From assembly GCF_001194135.2 (NCBI RefSeq), contig NC_068985.1, positions 7,856,808 to 7,920,807 of the forward strand: a stretch of 64,000 bases of DNA. Direction: 5' to 3'. Origin of the DNA: Octopus bimaculoides (taxonomy: Eukaryota). This document shows positions 1 to 11,200 of this stretch, one piece after another. The notes under the pieces were generated by a model. It was not told where the DNA came from. It did not search any database and saw nothing but the letters and a program-made list of their open reading frames with translations. How positions within the stretch are numbered: position 1 is the first letter of the stretch; each line of letters starts with the position of its first letter. The position numbers and the translations under genes are program-made.

Positions 1-227
1 CTTGACCAGTAATCAGGCCATAGTTCTGTCGCTGAATCAAATGCAGTAAATGGTGGAATCGACACCGTTGTCGAAGCAGCTGAAAAATAGCCACTGGGAT
101 CGCTTTCAACTTGTCGAGCACCAAACAGTTTTAACAGAGTGTCCATATCTCTCTTATGTTGTTACATTTGCTTGTCCATTTGTTCCCTAAACAATTTAAT
201 AAGTTCTACTGTCTGTTTTTCAGGCAT
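1..227 (-). mobile_element. Ty3/Gypsy-like LTR retrotransposon gag N-terminus, interrupted by an in-frame stop; runs off the window start
   Basis: Minus strand from ATG 227 reads MPEKQTVELIKLFREQMDKQM*QHKRDMDTLLKLFGARQVESDPSGYFSAASTTVSIPPFTAFDSATELWPDYWS. The PPF-AFD---E-W-DYW motif resembles gag N-termini of invertebrate Gypsy elements. It lies just downstream of a PBS and an LTR candidate. Confidence 0.75.
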
Positions 228-267
228 TGTTATTACGATGAATAATTTTACGGTAAAGTAAGCATGT

Positions 268-285
268 ATCCTATCGGCAACGCCA
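268..285 (-). promoter_or_regulatory. Primer-binding site of the LTR element (tRNA-Ser-like 3' end)
   Basis: Plus strand ATCCTATCGGCAACGCCA (18 nt, ends in CCA); minus strand TGGCGTTGCCGATAGGAT. Resembles the 3' 18 nt of eukaryotic tRNA-Ser (ATCCT-CCG-C--CG-CCA). Confidence 0.7.
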
Positions 286-293
286 ATAAACTC

Positions 294-559
294 TGTTGTA
301 TTCCTCTCTGGAGACTCGCAGAGAAAAGTCAACGAGTTGTACAAATTTAATTATTACATTTATTATTCAATTACATACAAAGAACGCTCTCACCCAAAGT
401 TCGTTATGAATAAACAAGAATCATGTCCGCCATATATATATCAATGACATTTTACTACCCCAGTCATTCAGAACAACAACAATGAAACAATGAACTCAGA
501 CGAACCACATTGACACACGGAACGTCAAACGAATAACATTTCCAACAGTCCATATAACA
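294..559 (-). mobile_element. Putative 5' LTR (about 266 bp) of the Gypsy element
   Basis: Bounded by imperfect inverted termini TGTTGTA (294-300) and TATAACA (553-559), i.e. TG...CA. Minus-strand AATAAA at about 359-364 and a TATA-rich run at about 431-440. Ends 8 nt from the PBS. Confidence 0.55.
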
Positions 560-560
560 G

Positions 561-666
561 TTTTAGGGTTAGGGTTCGGGTTTTAGGGTTAGGGTTTTAG
601 GGTTAGGGTTGGGGTTAGGGTTAGGGTTATGGTTACGAGTTATAGGGTTAGAGTTAAGGTTATGGC
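561..666 (+). repeat. Interstitial telomeric-type (TTAGGG)n array, degenerating towards an assembly gap
   Basis: ttttagggttagggttcgggttttagggttagggttttagggttagggttggggttagggttagggttatgg..., then variant units; gap starts at 684. Confidence 0.9.
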
Positions 667-683
667 AAAAATAATCATAACCC

Positions 684-1582
684 NNNNNNNNNNNNNNNNN
701 NNNNNNNNNNNNNNNNNNNNNNNNNNNNNNNNNNNNNNNNNNNNNNNNNNNNNNNNNNNNNNNNNNNNNNNNNNNNNNNNNNNNNNNNNNNNNNNNNNNN
801 NNNNNNNNNNNNNNNNNNNNNNNNNNNNNNNNNNNNNNNNNNNNNNNNNNNNNNNNNNNNNNNNNNNNNNNNNNNNNNNNNNNNNNNNNNNNNNNNNNNN
901 NNNNNNNNNNNNNNNNNNNNNNNNNNNNNNNNNNNNNNNNNNNNNNNNNNNNNNNNNNNNNNNNNNNNNNNNNNNNNNNNNNNNNNNNNNNNNNNNNNNN
1001 NNNNNNNNNNNNNNNNNNNNNNNNNNNNNNNNNNNNNNNNNNNNNNNNNNNNNNNNNNNNNNNNNNNNNNNNNNNNNNNNNNNNNNNNNNNNNNNNNNNN
1101 NNNNNNNNNNNNNNNNNNNNNNNNNNNNNNNNNNNNNNNNNNNNNNNNNNNNNNNNNNNNNNNNNNNNNNNNNNNNNNNNNNNNNNNNNNNNNNNNNNNN
1201 NNNNNNNNNNNNNNNNNNNNNNNNNNNNNNNNNNNNNNNNNNNNNNNNNNNNNNNNNNNNNNNNNNNNNNNNNNNNNNNNNNNNNNNNNNNNNNNNNNNN
1301 NNNNNNNNNNNNNNNNNNNNNNNNNNNNNNNNNNNNNNNNNNNNNNNNNNNNNNNNNNNNNNNNNNNNNNNNNNNNNNNNNNNNNNNNNNNNNNNNNNNN
1401 NNNNNNNNNNNNNNNNNNNNNNNNNNNNNNNNNNNNNNNNNNNNNNNNNNNNNNNNNNNNNNNNNNNNNNNNNNNNNNNNNNNNNNNNNNNNNNNNNNNN
1501 NNNNNNNNNNNNNNNNNNNNNNNNNNNNNNNNNNNNNNNNNNNNNNNNNNNNNNNNNNNNNNNNNNNNNNNNNNNNNNNNNN
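684..1582. other. Assembly gap (N run)
   Basis: Run of n. Confidence 1.
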
Positions 1583-1729
1583 AACAAAAGAATGAAAGAG
1601 ACCTCTGACCTTTACTTCCTCCCCTCACTTAGTGGTCATTCTAATAGCTCTTTTGTTTTAATAACGATCAATCACACAGTAATTTCCCTTTGTTTAACGG
1701 TCATTTTCATAGCATTTTTTCGATGGTCA

Positions 1730-1790
1730 GATAACTGAAGAGATACCGGCGTGGGTTTCCGCTCCGACATCCGAAACTCGGAGTTTTATC
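1730..1790 (+). ncRNA. Degenerate type I hammerhead-ribozyme-like motif (Penelope-type)
   Basis: GATAA (1730-34) / CTGAAGA (1735-41) / imperfect stem II (1742-1772) / GAAA (1773-76) / CT-cgg-AG stem III / GTT triplet / TTATC (1786-90), which pairs with GATAA. Confidence 0.5.
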
Positions 1791-2064
1791 ATGGCTACCG
1801 AATAATTGTCACGTATTATATTTACAGTTATATTATAGATAGATAGATTTCCTTTTGCCGAAATGCCAAGTTAAGGGAACGCAAACAAACCAGCATCGGT
1901 TGTCGAGAGGTTGTGAGAGACAAATACAGACACAAAGAAACACACACTTATATACATGTGTATGTGTGTACATATATGACCACGTGTCCCAAAAGACTAT
2001 CAGATGCTGTTACCCATCGCTGATCACAATGCATTTTTTCATCGTTTTAACCTTTGAATGATGA

Positions 2065-2240
2065 TACCCCACTGGCTAGGTGAGCAGGCCAACATTGAAC
2101 CCTGATCGAAAGAAGGACAGGAGCAATGTGAAATGAAATGTTTTACTGAAGAACAAAACGCACCGTTTGGTCTGGGAATCAAACTAACGGTGTGCCGATC
2201 GTGAGTGTTACAGCCTAACCATTAGACCACGCGCCTAATC
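2065..2240 (-). mobile_element. tRNA-derived SINE (CORE-like family), degenerate
   Basis: ggagcaatgtgaaatgaaatg...ctgggaatcaaactaac...cctaaccattagaccacgcgcc; same family as 15590-15775, 37250-37480 and 49100-49480. Confidence 0.7.
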
Positions 2241-2272
2241 ATGTATATATACACACACGCGCGCACGCATGC

Positions 2273-2440
2273 GACGGGTTCTTTCAATTTCCCTCTACTG
2301 AATCCACTCGCAATGCTTTGGGCGACCCGAGGCTATAGTAGATAGTAGAAGACACTTTCCTAAAACCCCATGCAGTGGGACTGAACCTGTTCTAAATCAT
2401 GTAGTTGGGAAGCAAACTTCTTACTACGCAGCCATATCTG
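2273..2440 (-). mobile_element. tRNA-derived SINE (family with gaagacacttgcccaagg...gggactgaacc...ggaagcaaacttcttacc)
   Basis: Matches copies at 33575-33935, 46268-46600, 52437-52826, 55160-55560 and 63056-63355. Confidence 0.8.
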
Positions 2441-3570
2441 TAGAAAGGGAAATGTCCAAAGAAGGAATCACCAGCAATCTTTCCTTAAATATATTATAAA
2501 ATGTCCGCGAGTTTTGTTCCTGTATACAACACACGTTGCCAAGCTTAATCCATAACAATCCTACACTACGTACAGGCTAAACACCGGCGACAGAATCTTC
2601 TGGTTATTCTAAATCACCCCAGACAGACATACTAAGTTACTCGCCTATAGGGTAGACAGTGTTTCCACTGGATGTGAGACATGGTTCATATACAGTCGAA
2701 ACATTAAGATACTGCATCTGTGTGTGTGTAGAATCTTATAGAGAGACTAAATGTTAAAGGCCTCCAGTATAAGACAATCATATTGGTGTTTTGATGATTC
2801 ATTTTTGAACACGATCCTGTTTGATATTTGAATGAGAAAAAAACATTTATGTAATAGTTGTGGTTAAAGCTGCAAATATCAGCCGGGTTTAAAAGTCACC
2901 TTCGCTTTGACGCTCATTCACAAGCACTAGTCAAACTCATTATCGAGTCATCTTCCATACACATGTGCACACATCTGTGTATAAATGAGCGTATACACAC
3001 ACACATGTATATGTGAGTGTGTGTATGTATGTGTGCGTGCGCGCATTTCAATGGCTTTCTGACTTCCTCATTGATCACTCGTTCAGAATACTTGCTACTT
3101 AAAGGGGCAAAGGTTTCACTTTTATTTTACTATTGTCTTTTTTCTGATTCGGTTAGTTCTAGGAACGGAAATTTCGATCACGAATGCAGATGACTACAAA
3201 AGCCCACCAATCACAATAGATAAAATCAGCACCGGTGGTGCTCGATTATCACAGAACTACTGAGGTTTCATAGGAAGATGCAGTAGATGAGGATCAAGGA
3301 CAATTTCCTGAATGGAAATTAATTGTCTGGTCATTATGGAACGTAGACCAGTAAAATACCGACACCTGTTCCCTTTGTTGATAGTTGGTATCCTTAATAG
3401 AAGAAAATCACCCTTAATTATGTTATTTCAGACGTCGTTACTGAAAGAAAATTAAAGACCAGATAAAAACATTATAGCGATATCGTTATGTAATTACTTT
3501 AATACGAATAGTCAAATACATTGTAGATACGTGAGAGAGAGGGAGGAGGAGAGAGACAGTAGTGTACATG

Positions 3571-3617
<47 letters not shown>

Positions 3618-4754
3618 AAGAATATATATATATAGAGAGAGAGAGGAAGTGACGTTTTTATGCTAGGGAAGAAAAGAAAAAGCACTTGAAACTATTCAGT
3701 GATGCAGTATTTTTTAATGCAGCCTGTCATCATATTTACATAAATCATTATTCACATTTGTATTCGAAGTATTAAATAATATAATCAGTGTTTATAATAG
3801 TGATGTAAAAAGAAGACGAAAAATACTTGTGAGAAATATCACGTGGCGTATCAGCCATGTTCAGTGTTCGCCTGAACAGTCAGTGTAAATAGCAGTCGTG
3901 TACACAGCTTCTCATCTCCTCCTACCAAGATATTGTGTGTCGTTTGTTAACTTGGGTATTTCTGACTTAGAGAGGAGTGTTACAGTCTGAAAATGTCTAC
4001 AATTACGAAATTCAAAAGATATCTAATATTAGTATATTTGAAATTTAGTCTTTACATACGAAACTATGGACATACTTCTATAATACCAAGTAACCGTGCA
4101 AATAACACTCGATTAATTTCGTTTGCTTGTTTAGCCGGTATTATACAAATAAATATTTGGATGAAAATTGTTTTGATATGAAACAAGCGACAAATTCGGG
4201 TAGTGAAGACACTTTATATTAATGTATTCGAAATTACGCAGTTATATACGATACCATGTGAATACGTCAACGGTTACAAAACGACCATGGAAATAAAAGG
4301 ACTTCAGTCGATACGGTTCCCTAGTTTAACCGGTGACGTGTAAATACAGATATCTGGATGGCAGATTCGGCAAGGGGCAACGGTCGTAATACCGCGTAGT
4401 ACTTGATTACGTCCCCTTACATTCTTGAGTTCAAATCTAGTTGACGTTGCCTTTCGTAGTCGACGAAAATGTTTAGCATAGACGCAAGATCTCAAAACGT
4501 TTTCTTAAATCAAGCTAATATATTTGTTTCCAATTTACGTTATTAAAACAGTTGTGATAATCCCAGACAGTTCCCTAAATATTCTTCCTGTTTTTTTTTT
4601 TAAGACAGTAGGCTATTATTTGAAGGAGAATAGGTTCCTATTTTTAACAAGTCGATTGACCGCATAGATGCTCTTCAGCGCGTCCTTTATTTTACCGATC
4701 CCGTAAAGATGTTAATAAAAAGCGAATTCGATGTGGGAGGGATTTGAACCCAGC

Positions 4755-4988
4755 AAGTAGAGGGGTCGATATAAACGGGTACAAGATTGAATTAGGGTCG
4801 ATACAATCGGGTATATGCTTAAAGCAGGAGTCGATACAAAAGGGTACATGCTGGAAGTAGGGGTCGATATAACCGGGTACATGCTGAAAGTAGGGGGTCG
4901 ATATAACCGGGTACATGATAGAAGTAGGAGACGGATATAGTCAGATATATGGGTGAAGCAGGAGTCGATATAATCGGGTACATGGTTG
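4755..4988 (+). repeat. Minisatellite, about 7 units of about 33 bp (consensus AAGTAGGGGTCGATATAACCGGGTACATGCTG)
   Basis: Units start near 4755, 4790, 4821, 4854, 4887, 4921 and 4955. It explains the 11-aa periodicity (FQHVPGYIDPY) of the spurious minus ORF 4692-4916. Confidence 0.85.
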
Positions 4989-5112
4989 GAATGATATTGC
5001 TCCATGCTGGAGCAATCGGAAAGAGAGAGAGAGAGAGAGAGGTAACGAATAAATAAACAGACTGGAATTATGGAGGGAGAGAAAAAGAAAGATGAAGGAA
5101 GTATAGAGTAAA

Positions 5113-5187
5113 GCGGAAAGCGGAAGTAAGTGGCGCTGAAACACAGAGAAAGCGAGTATGCTGCGCATGCGTATAGCCAATCCCAAT
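5113..5187 (+). promoter_or_regulatory. TATA-less housekeeping-type promoter cluster: tandem ETS/GABP-like sites, NRF1-like site, two CCAAT boxes
   Basis: GCGGAAAG (5113-20), GCGGAAGT (5120-27), TGCGCATGCG (5162-71), CCAAT (5177-81 and 5183-87), in a locally CpG-rich region. A consensus donor follows at 5332. Confidence 0.7.
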
Positions 5188-5199
5188 GACTGCTGGTTG

Positions 5200-5331
5200 A
5201 AACGCCCGGATCTTCTGGTGTTTCTGGCAACAGAGATTCTTTGATTGTTTGCTTTTAGAACTTATTTGGAATATCTTACTCTCGCCGGTTGATAATTTAA
5301 CGTTATCTTAGACGTCATACATGTCCATGAG
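5200..5331 (+). other. Putative first (non-coding) exon, probably of USP36; start approximate
   Basis: Ends in a perfect donor GAG|GTAAGT (5331/5332) directly downstream of the promoter motifs. Linkage to USP36 is inferred because no other + strand gene lies between. Confidence 0.55.
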
Positions 5332-7189
5332 GTAAGTTCAAATCCAACTGAAGTGCCTTTTATTCGTTAAATATTATGCAAGACATTCAACAACACATTT
5401 CTCTCTCTCTCTCTTTATCTGATGATCACAAACTCGGGGATCCATTTTTTCCCCCTAATTCTTCGTCAATTTCACACCAGACCTCAATTTTATGAATGTT
5501 TATGTATATATAAATATATATATGGCTATATATGTAATTATTCAACTGTCACTCTATTTATAAGTCGTGCTTTCAGTTTATTATACAAAGGTGGTCGTAA
5601 GCAGTTTTCAGATGTGTCACACATCGCTCTCTCTAATTTTCTCTTTAAACATCTGTCGTAATATGTTCTTCTGCTTCATCTCCATCATTTCAGATGTAAT
5701 GTGTATTTCTTGTTTCGGTTAAACTGCCTCTATTCCTTTTGTTCTATTGTATTTTCTTTCAATTTCCAACTTGTAGATAATCAACTCATGTTCCTTCGCC
5801 GAATTTTCACAAATCCTTCGCAACAACCATCGTGACCTCGTGGAGAAAGAGAAAGAGCACTTTCCTTTATGTCTTGTTTTCTAACCTTCTTTAGGTGCAC
5901 TTGTGGCTAATAAAGAAGCCATTATCTTTGATTCCTGCAGATGGAACCGCTTTCATTTAAGCAATTAATTACCATTTACAAAACATTACGAAATATTATA
6001 TGTTCGCATTTCTCAATTTTATGACAAATGGGTGTAAAAGGCAAAAGAACCGTATTTGATTCCTCCCTTCATTCTCTCATATTCAAATCCTGCCGATGTT
6101 GATTTCGTCTTTTATATTACAAGGTTCGAAGAATGAAATACGATAAAACAAGTAAAAATATATCGGAACAGCTATATTCCGTCCCATTTTCCCCCCAAAT
6201 AAAAGCTATTGTCTGATCAAAAATTTTTTTTTTTTCTCACATAGATTATATATTACACACACATACAGAAAGCCATATAGGCATTATATATATATATATA
6301 ATGTGTGTGTTTGTGTACAGGTAAAGGAAATTTTACAAGGGTTTACTCTTTTCAAGGGCAATAGCTGAGTAAGCTAAATAATTTTAATTGAGAATCGAAA
6401 CCGGGTCGTCGAATATTGGCCAAAACATGTGTATATTTGTCTATGTAAACACTTTGATGGTTGATGTCTGTGGAATATGACGCCAACCTCTTCGGCACGA
6501 GTTATGGCGCGCAGGATGTAGAAAATATTACATCACACCGTCACAAGAATTTTACCATTTCCTTTAAAGAATCATTTCATTGAGTTCTTTCGAGATGTAG
6601 GTTATATAGACACACATTAATATGCATATAATTACACATCACTCGATCCTGTCATAAAGAAAAAAAAAGACCAGATTTTGTCCATAATTCATGTAGCATC
6701 TTCCTAAGCTATAGTACTTCACCAACAACTCACGTGCGATACGATTTTTCGCCTAAATTAGTTGAAGGGGGAAAAAAATTTCTTTCGGAAATATGTTTGT
6801 AGTTCTATGCATCTTCGAGATGTTAAATTCTATTCAAATGAAATATTGCTGTTATGTATGCTTTCCCGTTTCCAATTTGTTTCGTGGCCTGATCCAGAAC
6901 ATTCGATTGACATGTTTATGTCTATAGACAAGGAGTTCAATTAACTTTCACATTCTACCACTTTTTTCTTTTATTTAGCATCTTGCAGGCGACATTCTCC
7001 TGATCATCTATCTTGTCCACTCTTCAATATTTTAGCTGCTTTAGACATGACAAATTCTAATATTCCCGTTCCATAGTTTCCCTTTCAATATTTGCTATTT
7101 AACCCCCGAATAAGCACTGATCACATATCGAAAATCTATTGAAAACGAGACCAAGTCTTCCCCGCTTTTTTTTTTTTGTCTCGTATAAG

Positions 7190-7520
7190 CGTGGGTGTGA
7201 TCCCCAACCATCTAGTTGTGGGTTCAGTCGCACTGCCCGGCAGCTTGGACGAGTCTCCCACTATAGTCCTGGGTATATCAAAGCAGTGTGAGTTGATTTG
7301 ATAGACGGTAACTAAAATAAGTTTGTCGTGGGTGGTCTTTGTGCGACCTGTGTTGGTTTGTTTATGCTTCCGTAACAGAACTGTTCGACAAAAGAAACCG
7401 ATATATTAGAAATGAAGATTTAAAAACAACAATAAGTACTGCAGTCGAATTGTTCAACTAAAACCCTCCTAGACAATGGTCCAGCATGGCCGCAGCCTAA
7501 TGATAGTAGCAAGTAAAAGA
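7190..7520 (+). mobile_element. tRNA-derived SINE, degenerate
   Basis: gttgtgggttcagtcgcactgcccggcagcttggacgagtct...atttgatagacggtaactaaa...; same family as 46268-46600. Confidence 0.75.
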
Positions 7521-7786
7521 TAAGATTCACATTACCCACTGTATTTCCAGATGGTAATGTGATTCGAGAGAGATTTGGCTGTTATGTCTAGCATGTACAG
7601 CAATACTGTACTGGGTTTTCTTTCTACTGGATTGATGGATAGTCTTTATGTTTTGTGTTTGGCGGGCAATATATATTTGTGTGAAAGCTGTCAGAACGTT
7701 ACTGCACGTTACTTTTATTGTCATACGGCAGCCAGACTGATTAAATTCATTTGTAGTATTACGGTTAGATGTTACATGCCAGTAGT

Positions 7787-7788
<2 letters not shown>

Positions 7789-7849
<61 letters not shown>
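7789..7849. repeat. (CA)n(TA)n microsatellite
   Basis: Direct inspection. Many similar CA/GA/TA tracts occur, e.g. 3560-3645, 15137-15215, 19677-19713, 36087-36129, 54553-54601, 62370-62630. Confidence 0.95.
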
Positions 7850-7920
7850 CAATGAAAAATATTTCAATACAAATGTATTAATACAAATGTATCAATTTCC
7901 AGCAAAAAATAGCCCTATAA

Positions 7921-8495
7921 NNNNNNNNNNNNNNNNNNNNNNNNNNNNNNNNNNNNNNNNNNNNNNNNNNNNNNNNNNNNNNNNNNNNNNNNNNNNNNNN
8001 NNNNNNNNNNNNNNNNNNNNNNNNNNNNNNNNNNNNNNNNNNNNNNNNNNNNNNNNNNNNNNNNNNNNNNNNNNNNNNNNNNNNNNNNNNNNNNNNNNNN
8101 NNNNNNNNNNNNNNNNNNNNNNNNNNNNNNNNNNNNNNNNNNNNNNNNNNNNNNNNNNNNNNNNNNNNNNNNNNNNNNNNNNNNNNNNNNNNNNNNNNNN
8201 NNNNNNNNNNNNNNNNNNNNNNNNNNNNNNNNNNNNNNNNNNNNNNNNNNNNNNNNNNNNNNNNNNNNNNNNNNNNNNNNNNNNNNNNNNNNNNNNNNNN
8301 NNNNNNNNNNNNNNNNNNNNNNNNNNNNNNNNNNNNNNNNNNNNNNNNNNNNNNNNNNNNNNNNNNNNNNNNNNNNNNNNNNNNNNNNNNNNNNNNNNNN
8401 NNNNNNNNNNNNNNNNNNNNNNNNNNNNNNNNNNNNNNNNNNNNNNNNNNNNNNNNNNNNNNNNNNNNNNNNNNNNNNNNNNNNNNNNNNNNNNN
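7921..8495. other. Assembly gap (N run)
   Basis: Run of n. Confidence 1.
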
Positions 8496-10195
8496 TGTAG
8501 TGTATTTTGCTTCAGTCATTGTGTATGTGTTGAAGTAGTAGATTGTTTCTGCTATTTAGGTGGCCAAAGGTGGTGGATGCTCTGAAAGTATTGTTACTAG
8601 AATAAGAATAGGATGGGGAAAGTTCAGAGAGCTACTACCTCTGTTGGTAACAAAAAGATTCTCTCTCTGAGTGAAAGGTAGATTGTATGATGCTTGTGTG
8701 AGAATAGCTATCTTACATAATAGTGAGACATGGGCTCTGACTGTAGAGGACATGTGTAGACTGGAGAGGAATGAAGGTAGTATGCTCTGTTGGATTTGCA
8801 AGCTCACTGTGCATGACCGACAAAGTTAGTCGAGAGAAAAGTTAGGCATAAGAGGAGTTAAATGTGGCGTTTAGGAGAGGAGAATGCATTGGTTTGGACG
8901 TGTGATGCATATGAGTGAAGACAGCTGTATAGAGAGGTGCCTGTCACTGAAAGTGGATGTTACCAGTGGAAGAGGGAGACCCAGGAAGACATAGGATGAA
9001 GTGGTGAGGACTGATCTTAGGCTGTTAGGGCTCACGGAGGAAATGACAATGGGTCAAAATGTTTGGTGACAGGAGGTTCTAGAGAAGACCTGCCCACATC
9101 AGTGAAACTGAATGCTAGAAGACTAGAAGAGTTGTGTCCCTCGCTCATGTAACAACAAACTTTTCCAACCCCAAGAAACCAAACTACATCTGTTCTAAAC
9201 AGCATCTTTCTCTTGCTCACATTTTCTCTTCATACACTATGATTGTCTTCCACCCCACCCCCCTTTCCTGTCCTCACTGCCCTGCTCACTGTATTGCTGC
9301 TTTCACCCTGCACTATTTTTCTACCCAAGTTTTCACCATTCACTGCAATCCCCACTCCCTACTTGTACCTTCTTGGCAATACCTGACCATGTATGTTACA
9401 ACCTTTGTACCTCTCTCTTCCTTACTCTACCATCACATCTATGCTCTGATCCTTGTTACTTGTGAGTATACCCTGGCATTTCACCATCTCTCTCCTACTC
9501 TCTCTCCCTTGCTTTTCCCTCTGGCTGGGTAACCACATATCTCTTCTACAACAGTACACCTATTTCTTCTCTCATTCTCGATCACTCTCTCTCTCCTTGT
9601 TTTCCCTCTGACCAGGTAACCAAGTATCACCTTTACATCAGCACACCTGTTTCTGTTCTTTTTCCTCTACCTCTCTCTTTCACTGGGTAACCATGTACCT
9701 CCTCTATAGCAAGACACCTATTTTCGCCTCTATTTCTCTGTTACACTTTAACCTTTCATCATCTGATACGGGTTCATCTCCTCCAATTCCTCTGTTATAT
9801 CAAGACATCTGTTTCTGTCTCTCTGTCACCCTCTAACCCTTCATCCTCTGATACAAGTTCCCCTTCTCAAATGCCCCTGCCCTTTTGCAAGTTAATTAGT
9901 GACCCTTCCAGTGCTGGTGCCACATAAAAAGCATTCAGTTCACACTGTGGTTGGCATTTGGAAGGGCATCCAGCTGTAAAAATCATGCCAAAACTAACCT
10001 CACCTGTGCTAGTGCTACGTAAAATTTACTGAGCCCACTCTGCAGAGTGGTTGGTATTAGGAAGAGCATCCAGCTGTAAAAATCCTGCCAAAACAGACAC
10101 TAGCCTAGGGTAGTTTTTCTACTTAGTTGGCTCCTATCAATTGTCCTTCCCTTGCATGCATGGAAGATGGACGTTAAACGATGATGATGATGATA
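8496..10195 (+). mobile_element. RTE-clade LINE, 3' portion (RT C-terminus with stops/frameshifts, 3' UTR and (GAT)n tail)
   Basis: Translation GGGCSESIVTRIRIGWGKFRELLPLLVTK...VKGRLYDACVR...SETWALTVEDMCRLERNE...HWFGRVMHM...GRGRPRKT*DEVVRTDL. The 3' UTR has about 80-bp imperfect modules (ctgggtaacc...acacct) and ends ggacgttaaacgatgatgatgatgat. Confidence 0.9.
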
Positions 10196-10619
10196 TATAT
10201 AAACAAACCTGTTAACGTCTAGTTTCCATGCTTAGTGTTTGAGACAAATTTTCTGTGGCTGGTTGTTGTTCTTGTTTCCACCCTTACCTTTTTCCAAGCA
10301 AGGTAATATTCTCCCGTAACCAGACATACTTTCACAGACTATGTGCAATGAATGACTGTATAACAACGGCACTTGTTTACAACTATCTTGTGATGTAAAG
10401 ACAAGGAGTCTCTCTTTCTCTCTCTTATATATAGATATATAGGAGCTTTTTTCAGTTTCTGTCTACCAAGTCACTCAAATGATATTTAACCTGAAATAAT
10501 GTACTTTTATATATATGTGTGTATGCATATATACATACACACATGTGCACAAACAAATATATCTATAAACCAATATATTTATCTGTATGAATATACACAC
10601 GCACATGCATACATGTTTA

Positions 10620-11200
10620 TATATATACATAAAATGTGTCATCATCAATTAATGTCTGTTTTTCATGCTGGCATGTGTTGGACTGCTTTACCAGTTTCCA
10701 TTGTTTTGGCATGGTTTCTATGGCTGGATGTCCCTTTTAATGCCAGCTAATTTACAGAGTGTACCGGATGCTTTTTATAAACTGGTTGGCATTAGGAAGG
10801 ACATCCACCTGTAGAAACTGTGTGTGTATGTATATTCAACTCTGTCCACTTTTCATGTTGGGGTCATGAGAGTAGTGTCCTTGGACACCTCCTCTGTAAC
10901 GTTGTATCACATATACACACATCACCATCATCATCATTTAATGTCCATTTTCCATGCCAGCACAGGTTGGACAATTTGACAGGAACTAGTCAGATGGAGA
11001 ACTGCCCAAACTCCAATTGTCTATTATGGTATAGTTTCTATGGCTGGATACCCTTCCTAATGCCAACCACTTTACAGAGTGTACTGTGTTCTTTTTATGT
11101 ACCACTGGCAGAGGTGTTTTATATGTGACACTGGCACAGGTGCCTCCCACGTGGCACTGGCACAGGTGCCTTTTACATGGCAGCAGCATACACATTTTCT
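10620..11200 (-). mobile_element. Cluster of RTE-tail-type short repeats ((CAT)n-tailed family), degenerate
   Basis: catcatcatttaatgtccattttccatg...gtttctatggctggatacccttcctaatgccaaccac, repeated. Confidence 0.75.

Noticed and set aside
162-164. Programmed readthrough of the in-frame TAA in gag
   Set aside because: It lies 21 codons into gag rather than at a gag-pol junction; a CAA/GAA-to-TAA decay mutation is simpler.
629-1738. Long ORFs spanning N runs (also 7575-8585, 14989-15650, 30788-31486, 47115-47923)
   Set aside because: Artefacts of assembly gaps translated as X.
2668-2705. Third hammerhead-like string (ctggatgtga-gac...gtc-gaaac)
   Set aside because: Core needs several insertions, and stems I and III are not formed.
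3100-4500. Divergent minus-strand gene from the same promoter (acceptor-like at 3308-3310, donor-like at 4415-4420)
   Set aside because: Weak donor, all frames closed quickly and no recognisable protein; a lncRNA cannot be excluded without RNA data.
4755-4988. CRISPR-like appearance of regularly spaced repeats (also 35670-35875)
   Set aside because: Tandem units without unique spacers, eukaryotic context and no cas genes.
4692-5230. Minus-strand ORFs with an 11-aa repeat (FQHVPGYIDPY)
   Set aside because: Explained by the 33-bp minisatellite and a GA tract; no homology or splice support.
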